The translations under genes and the position numbers were made by a program. Positions 12,521 to 26,188 of a stretch of 64,000 bases of DNA are shown one piece after another. A model generated the notes under the pieces. The model was not told the DNA's origin, did not search any database, and saw only the letters and a program-made list of their open reading frames with translations. The DNA is from the human T2T-CHM13v2.0 reference genome, Homo sapiens. How positions within the stretch are numbered: the first letter of the stretch is position 1; each line of letters opens with the position of its first letter. The stretch is taken from the NCBI RefSeq assembly GCF_009914755.1, contig NC_060934.1; one strand, given 5' to 3'.

Positions 12521-13494
12521 GTCTAATTATGAAGCAAGGGCTTCAATATAGAGAGAAATGCAATAGTACGTATCCCAATTCTGATTGCAGCCAAGATGGA
12601 CCTACTAATCATGTTGCATCAGTCCAAAACAAAACATATTTCTAGACCTTCTATACTGATCTATGTCTGTTAGGCCCCAACTTAAGAATGCCCCTCCTCC
12701 AAGGATAATTTTTCAGACATGGAAACAGGTCTTGTTTATATTTGTGAATCAATTACAATGTGAGAAATTGTAGAAAAATTGTAGGAAAAAGCCAGTATCT
12801 TTTATGCTTTTGTTATTCACTAAATATTCTAGTACAGTACTAGGCATACAGTAAGTGATGATACTATACGAGTGCAGAATAATTTATCCTGATAGACAAC
12901 CTCTGAAACATTAGGTCATGCACACATCAAAGCTAACTGCCTGGAATGATGAGCTCTGGACAGAAGAGGTCCTAACCAGATATCCATTAGGTCCATCCAG
13001 ATGTATGTCAGGAGAGTTATTTTAAAAGGCCCCAAATTAAGAGTCATTACAATAGTAAAGAGTGATTTTCAGGGGACTAGGAATGGTGCTGCCTAGATGG
13101 GCTGTTGCAATGATGACTTTCAGGCATTTTGGGCAGGAGTGAATATGTTGGGCAGAGTTGCATGATGACAGAATTGAGACAGAATTGACACATATAAGAC
13201 CAATAAGACCAATTCTGGTTGATTTTAATCAAAGGGGAGGAATTTTTATGTCCTTGGGTTAATGGGAGAACAATGTGGAACATTAAAGAGTGATAGAAAA
13301 TGTTAACTAGGGCTCTTTTCTCAAGATGCTCTTGGGGGCTCCTTAAAAGATTGTGACTGAGGATGAGGAAACCTTCCACAATTAAGTCTTTTCCAACACT
13401 GTCTGTGAGATTGAAGCTGCTTCACACACATACAAAAGTTTGCTTTCACTTGTGGGATACAAACTATATAAACACTTACGTCCCTTCAGCACAC

Positions 13495-15320
13495 ATATCA
13501 CTTAATGTTAAAATATTAGAAGCATTCCTATTAAAATCCAGAGCAAGAGAATTATGGCCGTTATGATCGCTACTATTCAACATAATAATGGAGGTCCTAG
13601 ATAGTGCAATAAGATATGGAAAATAAGTAATGGCCACTAACAAGAAAGAGATACTGTCAATATCATTTGGATTTATATAAAAAATCTAAGTAGTTTGTCA
13701 GGCAGTCTTCCTTGAATTTCCTATTTGAACTCTTAAGAAAATTCAGCAACATGGCAGATTCTATCTTCCTATCTATCATCTATCTATCTATACAACAGTG
13801 ATAGCTATAAAATGTTCTAATATGAATATGAAGAAAACCATAACATTTACTGAGAGGTGTAAAATAAGTATGGTATATTTATGGTTGAGAAGACTCAATA
13901 AATCCTTCATAAATCTAAGTTCAGTGCAATCCTAATCAAATTTCTATGGAACCTATCAAATTGATTCTCAAATTGTTACAGAATAGAAAATATATAAGAA
14001 AAATCAATTTTTAGAAAAAATGATGGGGACATGTCTTATTAGGCAACAAAATATACTAGAAAGCTATAGTGATGAATAGGACATGAATAGGAAATAAAAT
14101 AGTTAAAAAAAAATCAGTAGAAGTCAGAAGAATCTGAAGATAAACCAGATATAAATGCACATGAGAAATAACATTTTCTGTAATTGAAGAACGAGCTGGA
14201 GGCAACTGGGTAGCCATCTGAGAAAAAAAATTAAGTTAGATCCATATTTAAAACAGTCTACAAAATAAATTCCAGATAAGGTAAAGATAAAACCACTTAT
14301 TTTTTAAAGGTGAAAAGCATTATTATAAAATAAGAAAATATAGAAAAAAATTAGAAATAAATATTGGAGCAGGAAGATTTTAAGTTAGACAAAGAAGTTG
14401 ATTAATTTGACTCTATATAAATTATCTGACAAAAGATATCAAGTTTAAAGGCAATAACATATGTTGCAACTATTTTCTTTCACTCTAGTAGATTGAAATA
14501 TTTAGTTTCCGTTATCAATAAGGAAAAAGATAGAGAAAGGAATATGAGCAGGCTATTTACAGAATAAGAAATGCAAATGGCCAATAACATATAAAAAGAT
14601 GCAAAACTTCACTAATAATCAGAGAAATATAAAATAAACAGTGAAAAATCAGTTTTTCCCCCATAAATATGGAAGATGGGGAAGAAGAAGAAGGAAAATG
14701 AAAGATGATGATGATGAAAGGTTCTATTTACTGTTGGTGCTGATATTGATAACAGGCTCTTCTGGCAAAAAATTTCAATGTTTATCAAAATGTGGTATGC
14801 ATAGCCTCTTACTTAGCAATTCTTAATATAAGCATTTTTCCTAAAAAGTATTTCCATGTGTACAGAAAGAATAATCATTGCAATGTTGCATGTTATAGTG
14901 ACAAACTGAACACAACAAAATGTCTGTTAGTAAGGTACAGTTAAATGAAATATACCACATCTATACTATGAAATATTATGCAACAATGAAAAAGAATGAG
15001 ATAATCTGTATTCATTAAAATAGAAAGATCTCTAAGATATATTTCATTTGTAAAAAAAAAAGCGATTTGCAAAACAATATTCGATATAATCCCATTTGTG
15101 TAAAACAAGCAAACAAAACAAAAATATATAATTCTAAATTTAAACACATATATAGAACAAAATCCAGACATATGTATAGCAAACTGCATAGAGTTGTTAT
15201 ATCTAGAGAGCACTGTGAAATTTGTGTGGCAAAAGGGATCTTTCTTGTAGGATGATTTGTTTGAATTTGTATAAGAATGTACAAATTAATTATATCCTTA
15301 AAAATAATAAATATAACTAA
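13495..15320 (+). mobile_element. Old L1M (L1ME-like) ORF2/3' remnant
   Basis: tactattcaacataataatggaggtcctagatagtgcaataaga (RT region), gaagactcaata, caaatggccaataacatataaaaagatgc, tactatgaaatattatgcaacaatgaaaaagaatgag; A-rich + strand. Confidence 0.85.
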
Positions 15321-16164
15321 AAAATGAAAACAAACCAAAATTCAAGCACATAGGATTATGGCTCATGCTTAAAGGAGTTTGATCTAAGTATTTTTTTTTT
15401 ACATTATGTAATTGTACATTCCTCCTTCCCAGTGGACTTCTTATTTCCCTTTTAGGATTTATCCTTGGAAATGTCAATGCCAGAGACCCATCCGTTAGCT
15501 AATTAGGCACATTTCTGAGTATACAATTACTTTTAGGCATAGCAGATGTTGCATCTCATGTCCAAACCTTGGCTAATGTGTAGATCATTAACTCGGGTCT
15601 GACTCACATTAAATTTTGTGAAGATATGAGGGCCTCTTCTTTTATTTGTTTAATAAAGAGCTAAAAATTTCAGCTCCTTAGTGATGTAAATTTATTAGCT
15701 TGCATTAGCATTTCTCTAGATTTTTACATTATCCTGAGTTCTCTATATAATATTGATCATATCACTGACTAGAATCCAGGCTTTAGCCATAAACAGATAA
15801 GAATTGGACTTTCAATCATATAATCAAACAAAGCTAGAATGGATATACAAATAAAACTATTTTTGCTTAGCATTCCATTTTTCTCTGCAAAACAGGAAAG
15901 TTGTGAAAAATCAATCACGGCACAGTTTTGCTGAAGGGAATGCTATTTTTATAATGATGTCTAGTTTCAAACATCTTGTTGGGTCACCTTCTAATTTCCA
16001 TTTCTATGGACTTCTTCATCAGAACTAGTAAACAGGGCACCAACTATGTTGAGGCCTTTGCTTTAGATAAATCTGGATTTTGAATTTTAAAACAAAGGAA
16101 AAGAAGGTCAAGCCAACTGCTTGAATGTGCCACTTTCCTGTGCCTGGCACTGGCTTCCACCAGT

Positions 16165-16280
16165 TGTCTTGTTCAACAAATACCAGTGAGCACCTACTAG
16201 GTCCCAGGCAGAACACTAGGACCTGGGATATAGAAATCGGTCCAACAAAATCTTCCCCTTGTGCTGCTCACAGCCTTGTC
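16165..16280 (-). mobile_element. L2 3' fragment
   Basis: ttcaacaaataccagtgagcacctactaggtcccaggca...ctggg. Confidence 0.65.
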
Positions 16281-17857
16281 ATCACAAAGATCGATTAGAG
16301 AGAGGATGACTGAGCTGCATGGACCACTCTACTCACTCAACCCTTATGTGTTTTAAGGTCTTTGGTGTGGGGCACTGTGCTCACCCTGGGGACACAGCAG
16401 CATCCTACAAGACTCTCTTGCCCCTTTTGGACTTACAGTCTGCAGGGGATAAAAGACAAAATGTGAAACATGTTGTGATGGCAATAGAAATATGGCAACC
16501 TAGGAGGGACCTACTAGGCTTAGCAAATCTGTCCCTGAGGGGATCAGAAAAGGCTTCTTTGAGAACAGGGTTTTAAGCCATGTGATGCTTGCAGGATGAG
16601 TAAAAGTTTGTAACTAAGGGATGAGGGGTAGAAGAATTATAAATGGGATAAGCCTATGCCAGATACGGTGATGGGTACCTGGGGTCCCAGCCTACAAAGG
16701 GCTTACTTTCCTGTCTCCGTCTCTTCCTCAACCTGCTTAGAATCCTACAGGATCTCCTCTCCCTTCACCTCAAGCCATGACCCCTGACTCTTAAACCCAA
16801 TCCACACAGGCCCCCTCAACCCCTAGTGCAGCAACAGCCCCTGGATGCTCTTCTTGGTCTCCCCATTTCTACTCTGAGTGACTCCATCCTCCTCCCTCAC
16901 CCTATCACCATCCAAATGACAGCAAAGTAACTGACATCACTGCATTTGGGCAGTTCCTCTTTTTCAGCTGTCCTTTTACGTGCAAAACCATGGCCTTGTA
17001 AAAAAGTACAGGGTACTGATCTTCTTGAGGTTGCCCTGGGACTCTAAATCATCCTAATATCCCCACTTGCTGTCCTTGCTTTCAGTAATAACGAGTCAGG
17101 AAAACACACCCTCAGTGTACTTTTTTCTCCTGTGGTCTAATTAATAGACACTTTCCAATTTGCAAATGAATTTGGTATAATCTGCACTTCTTAAGGGCTT
17201 CACATCACTGGGGAAAGCTTCTGCGTTTATTGTAATAAACTGTCATAGTGAATAGCATTTATTATAAGTTTCCCAGAATCTCTAAATGATGAGCAGACCT
17301 CCCAGCTACCTCTGCCACCCTCACTCCCTCCCCTAATTAAAAGCATATAGATGTGTGTATAGATGCGAGGATTTGGTACCTGCTTTATAATTATCCAGGA
17401 ACATGACTCAGCTATTTTGGAAGCTATTTTGGAATCCCACGGGGGAGGGATTGGAGGGTATGCAGAGTAGAAGATTTGCCCTTGTCAGAGAAAGAGAGGA
17501 GAGAGAAGAGGGGATAGGAATCTCTGATCTCTCCTTCCTCTGAATACTAGGAACTCACTGGGCAATTGTTTTGTGTAGTTTTTTTTTTTTTTTCTTTTGT
17601 GTCTAGTAAACATTAAGCTCTTACAGGTTGGTGGTAGTACTGTATACCCCCAAGTTGTGCCCAAATCATATCAAGCATAAAGCCTCGCAAATAGTGTACT
17701 AGTGAACAATTGTTGTCCATGATGTTAGGAAAAGTAAAGAGAAAATTCTTAAGTAAAAGAGGCAGAAGTATATGTGGAAGGGAAAGTCAAGGACTGGCGC
17801 TGACAACTTATATCTTCCAAAATGTGTCAGAATATTTCTGTTTAAAATAAATAGTTA

Positions 17858-18168
17858 GGCTGGGTACAGTGGCTCATGCCTGTAATCCCAGCACTTTGGG
17901 AGGCCGAGGCAGGCAGATCACAAGGTCAATAGATTGAGACCATCCTGGCCAACATGGTGAAACCCCATCTCTACTAAAAATGCAAAAATTAGCTGGGCAT
18001 GGTGGCGTGTGCCTGTAGTCCCAGCTACTCAGGAGGCTGAGGCAGGAGAATCCTTGAACCTGGGAGGTGAAGGTTGCAGTGAGCCAAGATCGCACCACAC
18101 TGTACTCCAGCCTGGCAACAGAGTGAGACTCCGTCTCAAAAAATAAATAAATAAATAAATAAAAATAA
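17858..18168 (+). mobile_element. AluS (AluSc-like), full length
   Basis: ggctgggtacagtggctcatgcctgtaatcccagc; gatcacaaggtcaatagattgagaccatcctggccaacatgg is Sc-like. (TAAA)n tail; TSD aaaataaatagtta. Confidence 0.95.
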
Positions 18169-18300
18169 AAATAAATAGTTAATATTTTTCACCTGTAATT
18201 TAACAAAGGGAAAAGGTAGGGAGATATTAACCTAAATGTTGATGTGGACAGAAGCACTATGGGATAGGCACTCTGACTCCCAACTGTGAGCACACATGGA

Positions 18301-18738
18301 TATTATTTAACTTTATTTTAGGTTCGGAGGGTACATATGCAGGTTTGTTACATGGGTAAATTGTCCCTGAAGTTTGGTGTATAAATGATCCTGTCACCCA
18401 GGTAGTGAGCATAATACCCAATAGGTAGATTTTCAACCCTCACCTCCCTCTAGAAGTCCCCAGTACCTATTGTTCCTATCTTTATGACTGTGTGTAGTCA
18501 ATGTTTAGCTCTCACTTATAAGTGAGAATATGCAGTGTTTGCTGTTCTGTTCCTGTGTTAGTTTTCTTAGAATAATGGCCTCTAGGTGCATCCATGTGGC
18601 TGCAAAGGAAATAATTTTGTTCTTTTTTATGGCTGCATAGTATTCCATACTGTATATGTACCACGTTTTCTTTATCCAGTCCACTGGTGATGGGCACCTA
18701 CCTAGGTTGATTCCATGTCTTGCTGTTGTAACACTGCT
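18301..18738 (-). mobile_element. 5'-truncated L1PA/L1PB 3' end
   Basis: ttttaggttcggagggtacatatgcaggtttgttacatgggtaaattg...cacttataagtgagaatatgcag...ggctgcatagtattccat. The ORF at 18512-18697 is an L1 3' read-through. Confidence 0.92.
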
Positions 18739-18774
18739 TTAGGGGAGGGGGAGGTAGAGAATGGCAATTAAATC

Positions 18775-18990
18775 ATATTAAATTGTTTATGTTCTTTGAC
18801 CTAGGAATTCCATTTCTAAGATTTATGCTAAGGAAATATTTATTTAATATTAGTAGTGAGAAAGTATGAGCAGTCATAAAATATTTTTTCTCAATATTAT
18901 TTGTAACAGACAAAATTAGAAACAACCTAAATGTCCAACTGTGTGGGAATAAACCAGGGAATATCCACTTGATTATAAATTGTGTAGCAG
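18775..18990 (+). mobile_element. Old L1ME fragment
   Basis: tttgacctaggaattccatttcta...attatttgtaacagacaaaattagaaacaacctaaatgtccaac. Confidence 0.65.
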
Positions 18991-19572
18991 AGAGGGATTA
19001 ATAGCCCCCACGGAGGAGGGATTCCACAACCACCCATTCTAGATGACATGGCCTGAGTAGAGTTGCTTTCCTGCTTATGTTTATCTGTAAAACGGGTATA
19101 AAAACTGTTGCCTCATAAGGTCATCATGGTATCTACTGAAGGCTAGCACTGTGGCTGAAATATGGTGGACATTTAATATATGAGAGCTACTACTATAGAG
19201 CTACTAAATATTCATGAAATCTGTGTGAAAACAAGGAGAAAGGCTTATGCTATCTTAAAGGTAAAACAACATAGCATTTCACATTAAAAAAATAACAATT
19301 TTAAGTAGAAAAAAGACTTAAGAATATACGAGAAAATTGTCAAGTGAAAACATATTAGAGTAATTTGAGTTTGTGTTCTGCATTTTTTCTGGCATTTTTT
19401 TCATAAGTATACATAATTTTTAAAATATGGAAAAACTTCTTATGGATAATAATCCATTTCTACATTTTCTTACCCTTATAACCAGTGATATTTCTAGGTA
19501 TCTATTAAATTAGCACTACTAGTAGAAAGAAAACACATACAGTGGGGATCTAATATGGGTGGTGGGTATGAA

Positions 19573-20010
19573 TATAAAGGAGGAAGCTGAGGCAAAATTA
19601 CCATAGAGAGTTTGTTTGGGTCAAGTTTGAGGATAGCTGTTTAGGACACACAAGTTGCCAAAGGAGAGGCTCAAGTTTTTAAAGAAGTGACAAGTCAGGA
19701 AAGGGTTAATTACAAAATCCATAAAAGTTGTCCACAAGGTTTTATCATTGGTTTACAGAAATAACATTGATTAGCAATGAACTATACATTGTTGAACTAT
19801 AGGGTAAGAGTTATGGGGTCCAGTGTATGGCATTTTATGGCTATTTGGCATCAGTTAGTCTAGACCCCACATAGCAAGTGGCTTCAAGAGGTAACGGTTT
19901 TTCACAAGCCAGGATTGATGTGACTGTTATTTTTCACTCCAATGCCTCTCTGGGCCTGGTAATTTAAAGAGGCTTGTGTTCCTTATATAAAAAGTGTTTT
20001 TTCTTTCTCA
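19573..20010 (-). mobile_element. ERV1 solo LTR (MER65-like)
   Basis: Reverse complement begins tgagaaagaaaaaa...ttttatataaggaa...tttaaattaccaggcccagagaggcatt, as in the recalled MER65 5' end; gaagctgaggcaaaatta lies at the other end. Confidence 0.7.
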
Positions 20011-20850
20011 TAGACAAGCACAGAACTGAGAGTTGAGAGACTTGTGTCTTTTCCCGCTTTATGACCTTGGGAAAGTGACCTTGTGATGGTTACTGGCTTT
20101 CTCTGACCTCTGTTTCTGGAAATGAGAATAACAATACTTGAGTGATTGTCTCACAACTATGAGAATATTATGTAAGACTGAAGAAAGACTTTAAAAAATG
20201 GGAAATGAATGACAAATGTTCATTACCTTTCTATTATAGGCTTTATCTCTTCAAAGATTGAATCCTGCCCTTTATCACTTGTTCTGTGAAAAAGCCAACT
20301 GGGTTGGAAACCAAGATTCATCATGAGCCACATCCACTTTTATCCTTATTTCATTTCTTGTCTCTATGCCTTATAAAGAAAATCAATACATGGATCTTAC
20401 ATAGCATTTGTTTTCTTTTTTTCTTCTTTCTCAATGAATTTCAACCAGAAACATCTGCTGTCAGATTAGGAGTGACTAAATTTGATGTGACTTTCTCAGT
20501 TTAGATATTTAGGATCATCAGCTCTTGCTTTTACCCATTTGCTGCCAGTTGGTCTTACAAACCAAAATAAAGGGGCAGAAAGAGGGAAGAATGTCAAATA
20601 CCCCAACAGCCAAAGGAAGACAGTACTCATGAGCTCAGACCTGCTCAGTCAAGAAATTGCATTTACGATGTGGGTAAAGTAGTAAATAGCACATTCCATG
20701 ATGTTATGGTCATTTTCAGATGTTAGCCTATCCTTCCATGCTGAAACCTAGCAAATAAGAAGTCTTGAAGTGTTGGTCATCTCTAGTAGCCAGAAATATA
20801 GATCTTTACCCATAAGAAAACATTTATTTTTCTTTTTTAAAAGACTTCTT

Positions 20851-21191
<341 letters not shown>

Positions 21192-21632
21192 TTACATTTC
21201 TATTTTCTTTGCTTGGCACACCTTTCCCCCTTCCTACATCTGCTTACATAAATTCCTACTCTTTATCCAGGTGAATCCATTGATGTTGGTTTCTCCTGAA
21301 GTCATATCTGAGTTCTTTATGTCTTTGACTCCTCAAACGATACACAAAGTCTAATCTTTTCTAACTTGTATGCAGTGAGCAAGTCTAACTTTTAAAAAAC
21401 AGAAAAATTCATTATATTAAAAAGTAATTGCATATATATACATAAATTTAATACTTATATATGAATTATCCCTATGTACTTTTGTATATGACATTCAAAT
21501 TTCTCTAAATTATTACTTAGAAAAGAGGCAGTTATTTCATATTTGAGTCCTTATGAAGGTCTCTCATGTTAAGAGACCTGTCCTTCTCCCAGGCATTTTA
21601 TTTTGAATAATAAAGGATTGTTTAGGGGAAGA

Positions 21633-21810
21633 TAGTGGCTCTCGACCTTGGTTGCACAATGGGATCACCTAGAGAACTTAAAAATCTTCCAATGCCTGGA
21701 CTGTATCCCAGATCATTAAATCAGAATCTCTGGGAGTGTATCCAGGCATCAATGTGTTTTAAATACACTCTAGGTGATTCCAATGTACACCTAGAACTGA
21801 GAATCACTGT
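21633..21810. mobile_element. MER5 (MER5A/B) DNA transposon
   Basis: tagtggctctcgaccttggttgcaca...atcacct...taaatcagaatctctggg...taggtgattccaatgtacac...tgagaatcactg; terminal inverted repeats recognisable. Confidence 0.88.
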
Positions 21811-22537
21811 GTTAACATGAAACAACCTTAATCAAAGCTAGATAATTTCATCTGACAGAAGCAGGAATTAAGCACAGCTTTAGTGAGTATTTCTGGGTGC
21901 AAAGACTTCACCATTGCAAATGATGAATATCATTATTTTAAAAAATTAAAAGTCATTTTTAAAAGGATAAATAGTCACTATAAGCTGCAAGAGTCTCAAA
22001 TACGTATCTACAGGATAAATGAGAAACATATTCTTATATTATGCTAGTGAGTTCTAGTGGCATGGAATAAAATTTCCAGTGACAGAACTGTGCCCGAAAT
22101 AAAAAAGTGTTACAGTTGAAACAACTTAGCCGTGAATATGGTGTGTAAGAAAACCTTGTCAGATGATTCAAGAAGGGAGCCTAGTGATGATTAAGACACT
22201 GACGTCAAAGTCCCATATGAAAAGTTTGAATAAAATTGTTCTGTAAAATGAGTGTAGAAAAAGTAATATTTCCAGATCAATATATTAGAGAACACTTAAT
22301 TCAAATATATGTTATAGTTAAATTAAGAAATAAGATATTGATCATTTAAACCACATCTCTAAGCATTTATAGATCAAAATTGAACACAAACATTCAAGTC
22401 AGTGGGAAAATACCTTGTATTTGGGGGACCCTTTACTTGGTTGCATTTATGTTATTTTTCTGCTTTCACTTGCTAAAATTAAGCTCTTTAAGGACAGAGG
22501 CTATCTCTTATTGACTTGTTTTTAAAACATACTCAAA

Positions 22538-22700
22538 TGTAGATTCAGGTTTTGTGGGATCAGAAGCACGTACAATTTGGGAAGCCCATTTAATACAGAA
22601 GAACACAGAATGAGCATAGGACATTATTAGGGCCCCTCCCAATGCCATCAAGTGCAGGGCTCTGAGGCTTAAGCCTCGTGAGGTTCATGGAAATTCACTT
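22538..22700. mobile_element. hAT-Tip100 non-autonomous element (Zaphod/MER115/MER53-like)
   Basis: gattcaggttttgtggga...tacaatttggg...agggcccctccc...aagtgcagggctctgaggcttaagcctc; sits inside an L2 fragment. Confidence 0.6.
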
Positions 22701-23364
22701 CCACACACACTGTAGTGCCTAGCACCAGTGGCTGGATAAGACGCTGATATATCTTAAGTTGCATTGCTTTCCTTAAATGAATAGCCTGAACAATCCTAAA
22801 ATGATTTGGAGCATCCTTGATTGATCTCCATTTTCTAAGAAAGCAGGGACAATTTCCTGTTTTGGAGTAGAGCAGAAGAAGGCAAAGATGCATTCAGTGT
22901 AGTTAATGAAAATTGAGCTAGGGCAAATGAAAACCCCACATCTGAGGGACAGACGTGGCAAAGCACGTTTGGGCCATGGAGCTCCTGAAGTGGAGGTGGG
23001 GAGGTATGAAGCATCTGGTGGTACACAAATAGTGTGGTCTAGCAGAGATTTTTCCTGTCCAGAGATTCCTATTTCCTGTAGAGTGAAAAGGACCTATTTA
23101 AAAACAGTTTCAGACTCTTACTGTTTGGACCACTGACTTCCACGTGGGCTCTTTGCAGGCAGGGGCATCTGCTCATTCAGCTTGGTATCCCCAGTACATG
23201 TCTCTCACTGCCTAGCTGGCATCAAAATGCTTACTGAATTTGTACAGAAACTTTAATGTAGTCAGTGACGATGGCATCAGTATGGACAATCAGCTTCCGC
23301 ATTTCAACAGGGCACATGAAATTAATAGTTTGGTATTAATTTCCTTATTCTCTCTTCAACCCAG

Positions 23365-23420
23365 AATTCCACTGAGGAAGCTGTTGTGGCAGGGAGATAG
23401 CCTGCAACTGAGGTGCCCAG
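23365..23420 (+). other. Candidate 56-nt exon (probably non-coding or cryptic)
   Basis: Pyrimidine tract ttccttattctctcttcaacccAG, then CAG|GTAAGA donor; sequence signals only. Confidence 0.35.
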
Positions 23421-26134
23421 GTAAGATTCTAGCCAGATTCCAAACTCAGAAATATTCAGTCCTCCTACATTCTGGGGGAAGAATTGGCTGAAACTTCAAG
23501 AAAATTCTTTCATTTGACGATTTGACACTTGGAGTCTCTTGGTTTTGGGTAGAGCTTGAAATCTCTGACTCAATAAACTGGAAGCCTGAAAAGAGGAAAA
23601 CGTACCATTCTTCTATACTTATTAGAAGTTGACCCAAAGTTAGTACCTGAAGCCACTTAAAGGTGACTAAGGATTCACTCTGAAGATGAAAGTGACTGAA
23701 ATGATGAGCTGGTACAGACCCACGCAGTCCTGGAAAAAGGAAATGGGGCAGCTGAGAAGCAGCAGCCCTGGAAGAAAGAAAGATCAAAACACACTTCATG
23801 GAGAGCCGCAGGGAACACTGATGACATCAGATCCCAGGAGCCCTCTCGACATTTCCCAGCGGTCTTGAAGCCAATACATAGCATCCTCTTGGAAGCGAAC
23901 CTTTTGAGAACATCAGAATGAAAAGAACACAAGAACACGAGTGTTCTCTATGCTGAGGACACAGAAAGGCTTTAGGGAGAGCCAGGATACAGCACTTAAA
24001 CCAAGATGGCCATTCTGGTGCATGCACAGAGAGCAATGGCAGCTTAGGTTGGGGGTAGCGGGTGGGGCATGGGATGAGATTTGGGTTCTACTTCAGTTCT
24101 AGGTGCTATGAAGTCTTAGAATGATTTCTTTTTAAATAACTGTCTAGCAAGGACTGGTTTAGGGGGAACTCCCATGGTCTCCTCCTTGGAGGTGAAGTAA
24201 AAAAAGAAAAAGTCAAGCCCTAGAGAATTCACATATATTTAACTCATCTGATCCACTGGGAAACCCTTGATCAATTCTGTAATCTTGCTACCATAGAACT
24301 TCAATGACAGTGTCAGCTGCTTCAAAACCCTTAGTGACATTTCCTGGAAACAGACTTCATTCTGTGTTCAGCTTTCACTTGACACATTTCAGGTCTGATG
24401 ATTTTAAATGAGGGAGAAAAAAAACGTTGTTAAATATTACTGCAAAATTTTACTTGGCTTAATGGCCAATAAAATAACACAGTGTGTTCAGGTGGCTCAG
24501 CCTTCCGGTTTGACCATCTGGCCTGATGAATATGCCCAATTTCTCTTATCTTTTGCTGGCTTTCCCTCCATTGCCTATTTGAGTTCTTGGTCCTCAGCAT
24601 AATTGGCTCCTGAGACCTTCTTAAAGGGCATGTCCTGACACAGATCTAACAATACTTTAATAAGGTTTAAAAAGAGTTTAATAGAGTTTAATAAAGAAAA
24701 CCCATGATAGAAGAAACTCCAGTCAGTCAAGAGTGCCAGCCTTCCTCGCGTGGCTTAAAAATACACCTTAAGAACATTGGTATTTCTTATTCAAACAAAA
24801 TGCTCAAAGGGAATAGCCACTCATTCCTTCTCCTACAACATTCTGGATTTAGCATTTAGGAAGGAGCAGGGACCTTTCAAGAAAGAGAGGCCTGAACCAT
24901 TTAAAAATCGAGAAAAAGTTGCAGAAATGGTAAGTCTGGCCTGCTTAGACTAATGGAATCTTAGAATTTCCACAGAAGACTGACAACTGAAAAGACAATG
25001 AGTCACACTATCTAGAACATTTCTAGACCATCTTGCCCCACAGGACGAGGCAAACAAATATAGAAACACGGTCACCTTGTGAGTTCAAGCCAAAAATACT
25101 TCCCAATTTTCCCATGATAAAAACACTTTCCCATTTAATTTTATGACATTTTAGAGTTTATGTAAAAACAATCTGAAGAAGTAGATTTAGCATACGCATA
25201 ACAATTTTTTATCTTCACTTGGCTATGGTAAAGTAATTGTTAAGAGTAATTGTTACAAAACCGTTTTCAGGCATTGAATAACAGGCAGGGAAGACCACAA
25301 TAGCTAAGATCAAGGAAACTCACAAGGAGAGCCCCAAGATCACCCAGCTTTCTTCCTGGGTACAATTTTTTTGACGTCAACCTAGTGAGCTGGAGTCCAG
25401 GCAGAGTGCAGGTGTCCCACCAAGCAAAAGAGGCAGAGGTCAGAATTCAGGGCAGCTAAAAGAGCCGGATTCTATATGGTAATGCATCAGAGGCAGAAAG
25501 CTGAACATGGGGTGTATGAGAGTTCCTTGATATTACTAGTTGAGGGTTACGCTTTGCAGATTACATGGAAAAGCTTAGGAGAAAGTGGCTGTTAATAGTA
25601 TTGAGAATGCAAAAGAGTTTATAGACACAAATCAGTGCTGAGGGGCATTGGTGGTCCAGTCCAGTTAAAGTGGAAAGAGCTCATTAACACTCCAGCATCT
25701 AGTTAAGACATCAGAAAGTACTTACTTTAAAAGAAAGCGCCACACTTTTAGAGAACGACCTATTCTAGACCCACCCAACAGAGTCTAAAATAAAAAGACT
25801 GAAGCAAAATTAACAGAGCATCAGGAACTTCTGGGAGAATATTGGGAACCCTATTAAACATGTAATTAGAGGCTCAGAAGGAGAAAAGAGCAAGAAAGCA
25901 GCAGAAAAAGTACTTAGAAATTAATGGCCAAATATTTCCTATATTTGATAATAAACACTGACTTATAGATGCAAGTGCTCTGTGAATCCACAACAGGATA
26001 AATGCAAAGAAAACCACACCCAGGCAAATCAGACTCAAACAGCTAAAATTCAAAATTAAACGAAATATCTTGAAAGTGGATAAAGCACAGTACATACAGG
26101 GAAACTAAGGATGATAGCTTCTATTGAAACTAAG

Positions 26135-26188
26135 GAGAAATATGAGAAAGTATCCTTTATAGAGAAATATGAGAAAGTATCCTTTATA
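26135..26188 (+). repeat. Perfect 27-bp tandem duplication inside L1
   Basis: gagaaatatgagaaagtatcctttata at 26135-26161 and 26162-26188. Confidence 0.93.

Noticed and set aside
20061-20110. Repeated TGACCTTG (ERR/SF-1-type) motifs, also near 63781
   Set aside because: TGACCTTG is native to the MIR core, and both clusters lie in or beside MIR relics; weak evidence of function.
23686-23920. Purine-rich, coding-looking stretch with open frames
   Set aside because: No recognisable protein similarity and no convincing flanking splice sites in the open frames.
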